A DNA stretch of 64,000 nucleotides from Pelomyxa schiedti (Eukaryota; Protista; Evosea). Shown here piece after piece: positions 26,777 through 39,532 of the stretch (the first letter of the stretch is position 1; each line of letters begins with the position of its first letter). The position numbers and the translations under genes were made by a program. The stretch covers positions 20,571 to 84,570 of the forward strand of contig JAHLWZ010000720.1 of NCBI GenBank assembly GCA_020536535.1, given 5' to 3'. The notes under the pieces are model-generated. The model made no database searches and was not told the origin of the DNA. It saw nothing but the letters and a program-made list of their open reading frames with translations.

Positions 26777-28398
26777 ATGAGTGGGGTTCCGGGGGGAACG
26801 ACGACTACGAGCGAAACGGTGCGGAGTGCATTCATGGACCAGGCAGAGCCATGGGTTTCGTGCACAACGGCGTCCTCTGCGTCTTTGGCCAGTTCTGCGT
26901 ACGAGAGTGCAACAAATACCAAGGAAAAAGACACAACGTCGCCTTCATCACTAAGTGCATCGGCAGGACGCGGCGAGCAGGAGACATGTGTCCTTTCGCC
27001 ACCTCCACTCCAACAACTCCAATCACATAATGTAAATACAACTGTATCAGTAGTCGATGTGGCTGAGGGCACAGGAGAGGTTCCTGATTCTACTTCCATG
27101 TCAGGTTCGTATCTGATGAGCTTTTCACTGCTTTAATTTTGATGCAGACGAACAGTTTGCTGAATTTCTGGCTAACCAAGAGAAGGAAGAAATGTTACTC
27201 TCAAAGTGTTTCTTGTAGTTACCCAACTTACATGTAGGGACCGCCTGCAAGCTGAGAAGCGAAGGCAAGAAGAGGAAGATGAAAGAATGGCGCAGGAATT
27301 GGCAGCAAGTCTTTCAACTGCACCTCGAAAGTTTGGCTACAGACGTGTACTGGCTTACTACTTATAAAATCCATAGAGCTCCAGTTGGTGAGAGTCCCAC
27401 TGAACACGATGAGGCAGAGCATACACAAACACACCAACTCCTGGTATCTCACGATGAAGAACTGGCCAGGCAATTGCAGTCTGAATTTAACACAGACAGC
27501 GTTGAAGCACCTCCTGATGTTGTTTTTTCCCCCTCCCCCCCTTTTTAACCTTTTTTTAAAAGTTGCGCAACATACCAGTTAGACTACGTTTCCCAAGTAA
27601 CTTGTGTGTAATCCTCAATTTAAATATCTTTCACACACCACTTCATAGCGATCCAGAGAAGATACGGCTGATGGTAAGTACCGTTTGTTTCTGACTTGTA
27701 CTGTTTCACCATGGAATGGTTGACAGGAGGCTCTTTTTTCTATGCATGCACCTCGCCTGGTTCCATCAGTAGATTTTCGGACAGATGTAACTCCTTTTCC
27801 TCCTATTCTCTCTCGAGTTCCAGAAGAACATTCAGAGATTCCATCTTCACCAGTGAGCACTGTAAGGCCTCCTCTTTTTAATTCATTCTAACCTGGAGGG
27901 ACAGCGATTGTCCTCCCGTAGGCTGCAAGCCGCTCTTAGTGGTAACAGTGAGTCCTCATATGAAGTTCTAGCTTCTTTTTGCAGCACAAATTTGACTTGG
28001 AAACTAGGATTTGTTACAACTCGGAGAAATGATTGGACCTGCTGTTCCTAGAGGCGCCACTGCAGAAGTAATAGACACACTTCCAATTCACAAATTTGAG
28101 TCCAGTGTCACTGAAAATGATAAGTAAGCGGGTGCTGCCCTTATTCCTTTAACACTTGTAAAAGATGTGGAATATGTCTTGAGGACTATGAAAAAGTATG
28201 GCACGTTCAATAACTTTCTTGAGTTAACCATGTTTTGCCCAGGGAACCCTTCTTCGAATCTTGCCGAATTGCCATCATTCATTCCACAAAACATGCATAG
28301 GTTTGTATGCTTTTTCCTCTCATAGCCTAACACTCCCAGATAAGTGGCTTTCTATCAACAAAGTGTGCCCCGTGTGCCGCGAAAGTATTTTGAGTTGA
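26777..28398 (+). CDS. RING-H2 E3 ubiquitin ligase (RNF38/RNF44/BIG BROTHER-like); multi-exon
   Basis: DEELARQLQ motif, DLLQLGEMIG.....GAT.EVIDTLP, and CGICLEDYE...[31 protein letters not shown]. Confidence 0.85.
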
Positions 28399-28546
28399 GG
28401 AATTTTGGGACTCACACAGCTGGACGTTTACTGGCTGGTTCTAACGCAGCTTATGGTTCCGTGATGCAGTCTTACTAGTAGTTACCCAACATGAAACAAA
28501 AAAACCTGAAAACGGGAAAAAAAAAGCCCGACAAAGCACGGAAAAA

Positions 28547-31486
28547 ATGGACGAGCAACAGGAGAGGCGACTGCTTGGACTTGGAGGCACGGTCACGCCG
28601 GTGAAAGTGAGGAAGATGAGCTCCCTTATTGCATCTGGGCTGGTAGTGTCCAGACACATTCTCGAGGGGATCACAACGGAGGCGGGGTTTCACGATCTTC
28701 TGGCTGGTTCGTATTTCGTTGTTTGAGTGAATGCATTCGATTGTGGGAGTAAATACCGACGCGCTGCCTTTTTCCGGTCACTCGTTCATTAGACTTGAAA
28801 GAAGAGCGGTTTGAGGCGGACAAGAAACTTGAAGAAGCCAGGCGCGATCAGATAAAGCAACAGCAGAGGGAAGAGGCTATTGCGGAGACCAAGAAAATTG
28901 AAATGCAGTTGCATAAGGAAGAGAATGAGAAGTTCGAGTCTGCCTCCTCCAGTATTGTGAAACTTATGGAAGGTCACCCTCTCGAACAATCAGCGCAAGT
29001 GGCCTTGTCAAAGATGCCAAAGACTTGGGAGTCTGCCACTACTTTGAGGTTGCTTACCACGGCCTCCTCGGTTGTGAAGCATTTTGGACTTGGTACTTTC
29101 CTTCAAGTTTTTGATTTTAGTACTTATTCATGCGTTGGATCACTGTTGAATTGGTTATTTTAGAGCCCCATGAAGGTTCGCCTACAGTTCCGTTTTTTTT
29201 TTTTTTTTCCTCATCAACACCAAAAATCCAGTCACTCAAGTGCCACCTGGAACTATTTATAATGGCACCTTATTTGAAAGGGACCTCGCTTGCACGCAGC
29301 TACTAAAGTGTTTGCTCTCAAAAAGAGGTAATCCATGCACCCCAATTATGGATCAATGCTACGGTGCTGGAAAAACCACCCTGGCACATGGGTTCCGCAA
29401 TGTCATACAACAAATGTTGAGAGTGGCCTCCAACACGGAGTTACAGGCTTTTGTCAGGGAAAACAAAGAAGAGTTCGACAAGTTGATTTCCTCCGTTTAT
29501 GTTCGGATCACTTTCAATACTGTCCGTGACGAGCATTTACTGAAACCCGATTTGAGTGAAGAGGAATATGATGAATTCCTTAAATCAAAGATACGTGCCG
29601 CATTGGCCTTATTTCTTTCCCAGCCTGAATTGGAGAAGCCCAACACCCCTATTACTGAACTAGCTTCATGGGTCACCACGGTGGCACCTAATACTTCATT
29701 TTTGTTCCATTTTGATGACGTAGGTGCAATCGAAGCCAGCAAGGATGTGTGTCAATCCCTTCAGTACAGTTGATTTTTAATAGTACTAAGGCAATACAAA
29801 ATCTCTACCGTCTTTGGAATGTAGCACATGGGCTGGGCCATTTCTATATTCTTTCTGGGAGATCTGAGTATCTGCACTGGATTGGGAAAAATACCCCCTT
29901 TCCAGGCAAACCTATAACATTTAGAAAGTATGTGGCTCAACAATTACCAGTACCACTGAGCTAAGTGAAACTTAAAAAGGGGCTATTCCTCTCCTGTACC
30001 GACATCCCTGATCTCTGTCTCGGTATTTACTGTGAGAGGTTAGGCATTCCTGCTTTGTGTTTTCTTATATCCTCTTAGGCATAGCAGAACTATCTGAATC
30101 CTACTCTATGCTGCCACTATCCAAGTCTGAAAACTCTTTGCAATTAATCTTCCAGTTCACTGGGGGAGTACCGCGGGTGGTGAGAGACTTGCTTTTACAT
30201 CTTCGGACAGTAAAGGGATTTGAATGCTCGGACCCTAATGAGATATTTCAGTTCTTAACTTCAAAAACTACTATAAGGTTGGATATATTTCACTGCTAGG
30301 ACCAACCATTTATCAGGTTCTTGAAGGCGTTTCCTGAAGATCTCTTTTCTTGGCCACAAGGGGGAATCGGCAATTTACTGGAAATTGCTTGGGCTGGAGT
30401 CTCTGTTGATGAAGCTACAGCAGTCATCGATAACGAACCAATGCCCCTTGTCTTGGCCAGGTACTTTGCAAGGAATACTCTCCTTAACTTTTTACTAGGT
30501 ATGGCTTATACACCTACTTCTCAGAAGGATCCACTGGGCAGGTGATTCTACCCTATTATAAAATCTTGGACCATTTAAGGTGCCTCTTCGTTGAGATACA
30601 CAATATTGCGCAGCCCACCTTGTTACTGAATTTTCCTAGTTCCAATTTTTTGAATATGTCTATACCGCAGCCTGGTGATCAGTTAGAGTATCTAGTCATG
30701 AGGATGCTACTACTGCGCTGTAGTATCCTGAATGTACAGAACACTACCTGGGCATGTGTTGGCCTACCTGTTTTAGATGAATTGCATATTCCTTTTGTAA
30801 GGATTACCACAGGTACGCCACTACTCGTTTCACATTCACTTTACCAGCAACTAGCGTTGCCTGCTGCACGTATACATTCTGCTGGAAGCTCTTCGAGTAC
30901 TGATGCTGCCTTGTTTATGGCTGCTGTCAATGGAGAAATGTTCACTGCCACTGTACCCGTATTTTTCCTCTTTGCCTTTCGCACTTGTAAAAGCACATAG
31001 CAACAGTTCACAAGGAATATGATGCCGGAGCTTGCCCGTTTTATGAAGTACGGTGTTTTCTACTACCACCTCCCACAATCCGGGAGCGCCGACGCCGATA
31101 TTCTCATTGGTCCAAACCGGTTGTGCTCATTTCAAATGAAGAACCTTAGCACCCCTTATGAAGTGTCTCACCTGCGATCCGAGGCACAGAAATCGGTGGT
31201 TTGTGTCTATTTCTTTAACGTGAAATCCTAATTCAAAATGCATTCTCTCTAGGTTCCTGGCTGGACTGTGAACTTACTCCTTGTTTGCACGTCAGGGATT
31301 TCAACAGGGCCAAATGAAGATTACCAAGAGACCTTCTCATTTGGGCATGACACTGTTGTGTGCACAGCCTTGAGCCTGCGTTCCATTGAACATTTCCTTG
31401 GTCCCGTTCTGCTGTCTGCATACAGGAGCGGCACTCTGCTTACCAACGCTGTTCACCAGAAGAAGTTTTCTTTGTTGCACAGCTGA
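28547..31486 (+). CDS. Crinkler/RHS-type effector-like protein: coiled coil + P-loop NTPase + PD-(D/E)xK restriction-endonuclease-like domain; multi-exon
   Basis: LFERD, Walker A DQCYGAGKTT, Walker B FLFHFDDVG, ILSGRS, FTGGVPRVV, GDQLEYLVMRML, and C-terminal SGSADADILI...SFQMK...EAQK...LLLVCT. Confidence 0.65.
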
Positions 31487-32314
31487 GGCTACTTAACAAG
31501 TGGAATTAGTACCTCAATGTCAAATAGTACAATCTTCGACTCTGGGGCTCGAGAGAACCTTGGATTACCAAAAAAGAAAAACCTCCCTTCCCCATTTTTT
31601 CATATGGCTGAATAAAAAAAACACCAGACCGCGGATCCTGAGGGACGATAACGAAAATGACAGCGTTACGGTCCGTTGATTATTTTATTCTGCCATATTG
31701 CTTGTCCCGCTCCACAGGAGGAGAGTACGATGGACTCCCGACAGTTCACCTCTAAAAGCAACTAAAGAGCGGGAGTGGGAGAAGGCAGAAGAACAAGCAG
31801 CAAGACGGTTCGGTCCCTCAACCGTTGTTGGTTCTTTGAAGGCACACTTGGTAACCATAACCAGAACGAGAATGTGTGCGTCAAGTACGGGGGGGACAAA
31901 GTCTGGCGTCAGGGGGTGCCGACAAGAACAGGGCCGCGACAACAAAGTGACGCGGCGGTTGTTTTGTTGTTGCGGCGAACAGTGAAGTCGAAGAAAAGAG
32001 GGAGTTGCCTCTGGTACACCCCCGGGGAGCAAGATACCTCGCCATGTTACTGCACAACTGCCACTGGCACTGATTGTGCTGTTTATACTACTGCTGTTGC
32101 TACTACTACTACAGCTGATGACAAAGGCACCCCGAAAACTCTACCACTACCACCTTGTGTAGTGATGCTGACAATGGCGATGCAAAAATTAGAGCAGGAA
32201 AGACTCCCTACCAAACGAGATCGGTAAGAAGCAAGCAAAAAAAAGAAAAACTCAAGGTGATAGAAGAAGGATTTTGGATGCAAGAACTGGGTGTAAACTT
32301 GAATTTGCATAGAC

Positions 32315-32830
32315 ATCAGCTAAATTAGTCCCGGAATTCGTCCGATCACTGGAAACAGTGGCAAAGGTACTGCACTACGTACATTGAGACCTGCGGCCTG
32401 AAAACGTATGAATTTACATGCACCAACAGCTTCCTAAATCTCCCACTTTCCAATTCTCCGTCCCGAATAGTTGTTGGCAACAGTGGACCGCAACACATCA
32501 GAATCCCATACTCTTATCATTGATTGGGGGTGTGCAGTGCCAGCCGGACTGTACAAAGCTACTCTGGTACTATCCGCTATGAATCCCACAATGTCTGGGG
32601 CCACTGAAGGTCAATGACAAGAATATCGGTGTGACTCTGGCCGGGGACTTTGGGTGTCTTGTTCTGTACGATGCTGCTGTGAACGTTGGGTCTTGTGCCA
32701 ACAATTGCTGCACTGAGAGAGCCCTTGGATGCATGGCTTATGTGGGAACAAGCACTTACCCACGCACTGGGAAACATCCCTGCAACTATGATGCAGTAAT
32801 CCAAGAGTTGTGCAGTATCCTGTTTATGTT
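32315..32830 (+). pseudogene. Decayed protein kinase domain of FunK1/Crinkler-kinase type
   Basis: LHYVH*DLRPENV* (the HRD Arg position is TGA at 32385), LIIDWGCA and YSGTIRY, with further stops and frameshifts. Confidence 0.7.
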
Positions 32831-32918
32831 GGAGCTCCTACATAGAATGAAAACAAAAAAAGAAAAGCAATATTGTTCCTCAAAGCTTACCAAATTTGAA
32901 CACCGAAAATAAATTGCG

Positions 32919-35900
32919 ATGCAACGGGGAAGGAGGCTCCCGCACGAAGGAAGCAGCGGCGGCGGCTGCGACGACCACAGCACGGAGGAAGATGATTTCC
33001 GCAGCCAGGTTGGGGACACTCCTCGCCGCCGGGCCAGCGGCAACGCCAGCCACAGGGGGAAAGGGGGGGAGAGGAGGGGGCGGGACCCGCTGCCCAGCGG
33101 CAGGCACCACGCAGCGACGGGGGCAGGGGGGAGGCTGGCGGTCCGGGGGAGCCGCCCGGGGGCGCCCCAGCGGCTGGGCTTCGAGGGACCGGGCAGGCCG
33201 GCGGCTGCGGCTGCGGCGCTTGGTGGGCACAGGGGCGGCAGCATCGGGGTGGATGACAGGAGAATTATGGGGGACGGTGCGAGTGAGGGAGCCGATGTGG
33301 ATGGCGCCGTGGGTGATTATGATGAGGAATTAAGCCCGGGTGATTGCGGGGGAGAACAAGTACTGCTTTTTGCTCTTATGACTCATTCTCACTCCCATAA
33401 TAGTGCGGGGGATGCCTGGAAAAGAATCAGATTATACATGTACCCTGCACCATTTTTTTTTTTTTCTTCTTTTTCAAGAAAAGGAATAAACGAAAAACCA
33501 GGAGCTGGAAGCTGAACTGAAAAGTACCAAGGAAGACTTCGACATATACAAAGAAGGAGGGGCAGGTTGATTTTAGCCCTATTTTCTCTTCTCTGTGTTC
33601 ATTCTGTTTAGAGGCAGAAATTAACATTGCAAGACATGAGCTCAGTGAGAGCCTTCGTGAGAATAAGGCATATATTCGGGAGATCAAAAAATTGAAAGAA
33701 GATGTAAGGATGCTACTAGATGACAAATCACGGTTGACGAATGTAAGTTAGTATATGTTGGTTTAGCAATTAATGGGGTTCAGGAGAATAACAGCTGCAA
33801 AGACACTCTTGAGATGATGGGGAAAGATATGGATGATGTGAAGCATAAACTCAAAGAGACCACTACCACAGTTTGTAACCAGAAAGCCAGAATTGAAGGA
33901 AACAAAGACTTTAAACAACAACTACAAGTAGCTTATTCTACACGTGATTGGGTTCCCACAACCTAAAGGAAAAAAACCAAGAACTATTATTGTGTCTCTC
34001 AGACCTTGAGAGTGTCAACAAGGAAAATACTACTCTAAGACAGCAACTGGAGGAGGCTGTGAAAGACTCTTCACAACTCATCAGCGAATTGAAGCAGTAT
34101 TTTGCATCTCTTGTATTCCTATTTTTATTTCCAATTAGGGTCAAGTCCAGATTAGTTCTTGCACAGGAAAACCTAGAAGATGAGAAAAATAAATCTCTCG
34201 CATGTGTGTGAAACCACCTATGGTTCTACTGTTGACAAACGATATATCAGTATCACAGAAAAATGAGAAACTGCGACTACAACTGCAGAAAACTGAAAAA
34301 CAGCTACATGAAGCAGATCGAGTCAATGAACAATATGTCTCTGACTTGGACCACAAATTAGAAGAATACAAGGTTAAACTAAAATCCTTCACCAACTTTC
34401 TTAGATTCTATATAAACAGCGATCAAGTGAAACGCAACAAGTACATGCAAGGATACAGGACGAGAGTCGTAGCACCTCTGTCAATGAAGTTCGAGCAGCT
34501 CTGTACAAGTGTGGTAGTCATAGAAGGTAATTGTACTCGTGTTAACATTACCTAAGAAGCAGCATATCAAGCAAAATGTGCTGAATATCAAGCCCTACAA
34601 AAAGACTTCGAGGAGCTCAGTGTTCATCTTGTTGACCTTGAAGATCAAATACAGTCCACAGTAAGTTTCCAGTTAACAGTACCACTTGTAATGACAAAAC
34701 AGGAGGCGCACCCTCATCAAACAACTGTCGTCAACGTTCCCCCAAAATCTAGTTCCCCTGTTCCAAAAAAAATCAAGGAACACCATCTCCGAGCAAAGGC
34801 TCATCTTGAGCAAACGTGTGCCACCTAACAAGAGCCTTTTTTGCACACTACTTATTATGTTAAAACACTTATACCTAAACACTGAAAGTAGAGGGAAAAT
34901 ATGACAACAATATATAGACTCCAAGCTGAGAGGAAACAAAGTGCTTCAGAACACCAAGAACTAGTGGAATTACGCAATAAATTGCAAGAGATAGAAAATG
35001 GTTGGGTGCCTTTCCACTACTGTAATTTCGTCTTCAACAAATTAACTTATTCTGCCCATTAGGGGATGATGTTCTTTTTTCTGCACATGAGGAAATTAGA
35101 GCTTTAAAAGCGAATGTTAAATGTAGAGATGATGATATTAATAGGTACATTAGATTTCTCCTAATCATTATGCCAAGTAAAACTTTTCAAAAAGGCTTAC
35201 TAGTGAACTAAACCGGCAAATGAAAACTTTGGACGATATTACAGAGGAAAATAATGCTTTGAGAGCAAAGCTGGGAATAAAGGGAAAATCAAAGCTTTTG
35301 AGCAACATTGGTACAGACTATAGCTTTGGAAATGCAGGTTCCATAAATCTTATTCCCCATGGGTAATCCTTTCAGGATAAACTGAAATCCTTGAATCGTC
35401 AATACAAACAACAGATCAACTCAATGAAAGAAGAAATAGCTAACTTGAAGTTAGAACTCGATGACCACAGAATAAAAGTACCCTTTCTCATGGTCAAATC
35501 AAATGTTAATATAGTGGATCTTAGTTAATGCAATCAGCAATAAATAGTGCCAGGACTTCCGCACAATCGAGTCCAAGTGAGCCCAAGCAGTTTTTTTTAT
35601 CGATAATCTTCTCTTAGGAGAAACGAACCCTAATACGGTGGAATCCTCATTACAAGAACTGCAAGAACTTCTTGAGAGCACACAGCAACAACTTGAAGAC
35701 ACTCAAGAAAGAAATCATCAACTGCAGGTACTTCCTATGTCCAAAACACTTTTTTGAAAGAAATCAAGTTAGAGTTGAGTAGCAGACCAATTGCCTACGC
35801 ACCACAGAGCACGGGTCAAGGAATACTGGATGAAAATGCGAAGCTAAAAACATTCATCTCTGATTATCTCAAATCAAACGTGCCTTACCAAGTAATTCTC

Positions 35901-37406
35901 AGATGTTTGTTGTTTCAAGATCTTAGGTTAACCCAGGAACTTGCATCTGCAGTGAGCCATTTGACTAAATTATTACAGCACGATCAAAATGTGGCTGATC
36001 AAGACCACCATCAGCAACAAATGGCATTATTGAATAAATTAGTGAACATGGCTGATACACAGCACAATCCGACATTGGAGCGATCCAAGTCGAATTTACC
36101 TCTTGGAAGTGTATCAAGATTGAATCCTCATACAACCGAAGAAAATGTAAGAATGCAGGAACAAGTGTCAAAGCTATCGTCACAAATAGTCCAATTACAG
36201 ACACAACTGAAGGTGAGGTTTGAACACAACTCATACATTTGTCTTATGTTCCAGGTGTCTGAGGAAATTAACAGGCAAAAAGACAGTCAATTAAGGGAAC
36301 TAAAGCACCTACTGGCTGGAGGGGAGTCCCAATCGTCACCTTCGAAGCTGAGGGATTCCGACTCTTCTTTAATCTCCCTTCAATCTATGTACAAAGCTGC
36401 TCAAGAAACAATCTCCTCTCTACAGCAGTCTATTACGAAAAAGGACGAAGCTGTAGCCAAGTAACTTTTTACCTCCGCTGGCCATTTAACCAATCAGTAG
36501 GTTCCAGAAAATGATCAGTTCAACAAGAGAGAGCCATCTTGCTGAGAAGCAGGCACATCTCCATGAACTTTGATTGTACTCATTTTATCAGGGACTAGAA
36601 CTCGAAGTTGCTAGGTTGCAGGACAAATTGTCCCAACAGGCGAATACCGTTATACAGCCACAGCTCACTTTAGAGTGTACTCCCCTCAGGTAGCAATCCA
36701 TCCCGACCTGTTGACCAGAAATAAATTCCCCCTTTTTAAACAAGTGATGAGAAGGTCATTCCTCTGGAACAAGCTAAAAAGTTATCAGAAAGGCAAAATT
36801 CCCAGATATCCAAACTCACACAGCAGCTTAGCGAAGCCGAACAGGTATGATAAACAGTTTGAATCACAAATTGAATTACAATAGGAAGTAGGCACACTGA
36901 AAGCCAAAATTGCAAGCACAACTCCTGTCGTAGAAAAACTCACTGCCGAGCTTCAGGTTAATTTTAGTGTTGTTGATTCTGTCTAAGAAAGTAGGCTGCC
37001 AAGCTCCAACTGTCAAATTCAGAACACTTGCATGCTGTAGCTCTTCAAAAGTTAGAAACAGAGAAAGCCAAGCTCATACTCGAACTGAAAGCAAAACAGC
37101 ATTTACTACACGAGAAAGTAATTTCTTGCATACACAATACTTAATTACCCACATTCCTCTGACATGTTAAATCCCAAGGAGGCCGAAATAGAGAAACTGC
37201 ACAACATGCTATCCGTGGAGAAAGCTAAAGCACTCGTAGTTGCAGCACCACCCACACCCCAAAGAGGAAACAGCCACCCCGGAAGTCCTCAGAATTCCTC
37301 CCGAGTGGTAACTACTCCCTAGTTTGCCCTTTCTATTTTTTTGTATTCTAACCAACCGGCACATGCACAACAGGTTGTAAATAGACAAGCCCCCGGCCGC
37401 TCTTGA
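32919..37406 (+). CDS. Long coiled-coil protein, CEP290-like but much shorter; many exons
   Basis: ELVELRNKLQEIENG...AHEEIRALKANVKCRDDDINRLTSELNRQMKTLDDITEENNALRAKLG and AAQETISSLQQSITKKDEAVAKFQKMI resemble two conserved CEP290 blocks, recalled from memory. Confidence 0.6.
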
Positions 37407-37527
37407 TGTAACACCTCTCAACTCTACTCTCATTGTAACTGGAAATGTACAAACAAAAGAAACAACTTGGACATATCTCACTTCAATCCATTTTAAAATT
37501 TCAAAATAAAAAAAAAAAACAAACACG

Positions 37528-38595
37528 ATGGCGCCTTCCGCAGTGCGAGCACTTGCTCGTGTTGTAGGAGTGCTTTGTGCGGTAGTTGTTATTATGGGTG
37601 CCGATGTGCGAAGTGCGAATAGAACGGCAGATGGGAGAGGATGCATTCACACGAAACTTTCCGCTCACTGTTCTTTTGCCCCACAGAAGGATTGGTCATA
37701 CATGATGTGAGTGACTGAGGTTTTAGCTCTTCTTCTTTTCACTGTCTGTGTGGGGGTGATTGATTGAAGTTCTGGAATAGATTCGTTGTTACCTGGCCGG
37801 GAACGTTTTGTAGGGATGGTTGCTGCAGGGTACCTCAGTACACTCCTCATCTTGATCCAGGGTTCATTATACATGGGCTGTGGCCGGACTATGACGGCGG
37901 CAAAGACAAGTTTCCGGTGTGCTGCGAAAGTAGATACTATTCTGAGGAGGCAGTGAAATTGGTCTGTGCAAGTGAGGCTGAATTCGCGGCACTCACACAA
38001 TCCAGTTGAAAGGCCACGAAGAGTTGCAGCAACAATTGGCAGTGGCGTGGCCGGCACTGAAACAGTGCAATTTTTTGCAGTACGAATATGACAAACATGG
38101 AACATGTGCCTCCACAGTGTATGATGGTGAAAATGGTCCACTGGACTACTGGACAGCAGCGGTCAACTTGTGGTACAGCAAAATGACACAGTGTATAGTC
38201 TTTATTGTGAACAGGAATAAACACAATTTCCTTGAGACATTATCACGAGCAGGGATCAAACACAGCACTCCTGATGAAGTTTTCTACTATCACCCTCTCT
38301 TGGACATTCTTTCTATTCTACAAAAGGACACTGGCACAAAGAGTTAGCCTCCATCAAAAAGCCACAAATAACTTACTCCAACACAGTTGGAATTACCTGT
38401 GATGGCAATATGCTCAAAGAAATAAAGTTGTGTGTGGGCCGGCCTTCCCCATCCAACAAGCACTATCTTTCTCCAATAGACTGTCCCAATGCTCTCCTCA
38501 GAGAAGAGAACTCTTGTACTAAATACAACAAAATCATCATTCCTCAGTTCACAAACATCACCAACACAATGGGATGTTCTGCAAGTCAGGCTTAA
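37528..38595 (+). CDS. Ribonuclease T2 family, secreted; multi-exon
   Basis: Signal peptide, FVVTWPGTFC, CAS I FIIHGLWP, CAS II FLQYEYDKHGTC and LKEIKLC. Confidence 0.93.
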
Positions 38596-38770
38596 ATTGT
38601 ATTTCCTTGTAGAATTTTTTGTTACGTTATGGGTTGTACATTAAGCCTGCATATCGATAGGATGGCATAATGACACATTGGCATCTCAATTTCCCTGCGT
38701 AATTTATTTTTTAAGGGAAAATCTTACGACATGAAAAACCATCAAATAAATAAGTTGCATCTACATGCAC

Positions 38771-39479
38771 ATGAAGATTATTCTAGGACTTCTTGTACTC
38801 ATTGGACTCTCTGCAGCAAAGTGGGAGAACTGCGGGACTGCAACAGATGTCATACATATTAACTCCCTCAATGTGTGGTGCCTGTAAATCTTCTTGCCAC
38901 TTACAGATCTTGTAGGTTGCTCCGTCCCCAATCGAGTTCGGAGAGAACATAACAGTGAGCTTCAACATTGACGTATCCGTGAATATCACAGGTATCACGC
39001 AAAAAGTAAAACGCATACTGGTAACTAACCATGCCGCAGCAATGACACTGGATCTAACAATTGAAAAGAATGTGCACCATAAGTGGAGGGTGTATGTAGA
39101 GCACGAGCACTCAGGTGCAATTCTCACTCATTTCAGGATTCCTTGTATTGCTGGCGTTGGGAGCTGCAAATACGAGGACGTGTGCCAGATCCTTAACAGC
39201 ACCGACATCACCTGCCCCGACGAGCTCGTAGTTCACGACATACCGTGCAAGTGTCCCTTCTACGCAGGAAACTACGTGCTGCCCGAAACATCATTTGGCC
39301 CTGTTCCTCTACCTCCACCAGTTCTGGACTGGCTCACCGAAGGTTGGGTTTTTGGTTTCGGTTTCTCTGTTGTTGACTTTGTGGAAACAGGTACTTACAG
39401 AGCAACAACGAAGCTGAGTGATCCCGCAACCAAGAAGCCAATTGGGTGCTATGTGTTTGAATTTGAATTGGACAAGTGA
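38771..39479 (+). CDS. ML-domain lipid-binding protein (GM2 activator/NPC2-like), secreted; multi-exon
   Basis: MKIILGLLVLIGLSAAKWENCG, IPCIAGVGSCKYEDVCQIL, IPCKCPFYAGNY, WLTEGTY and IGCY. Confidence 0.88.
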
Positions 39480-39532
39480 GGGTGCCTTGGCACGTACAGA
39501 ATTTTGTAAAAAGGCTTACAACCAAAAAAAAA

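Noticed and set aside
32385-32387. TGA as selenocysteine or recoded stop (also at 55533)
   Set aside because: These TGAs occur with other stops and frameshifts in decayed sequence, and intact genes here use TGA as stop.
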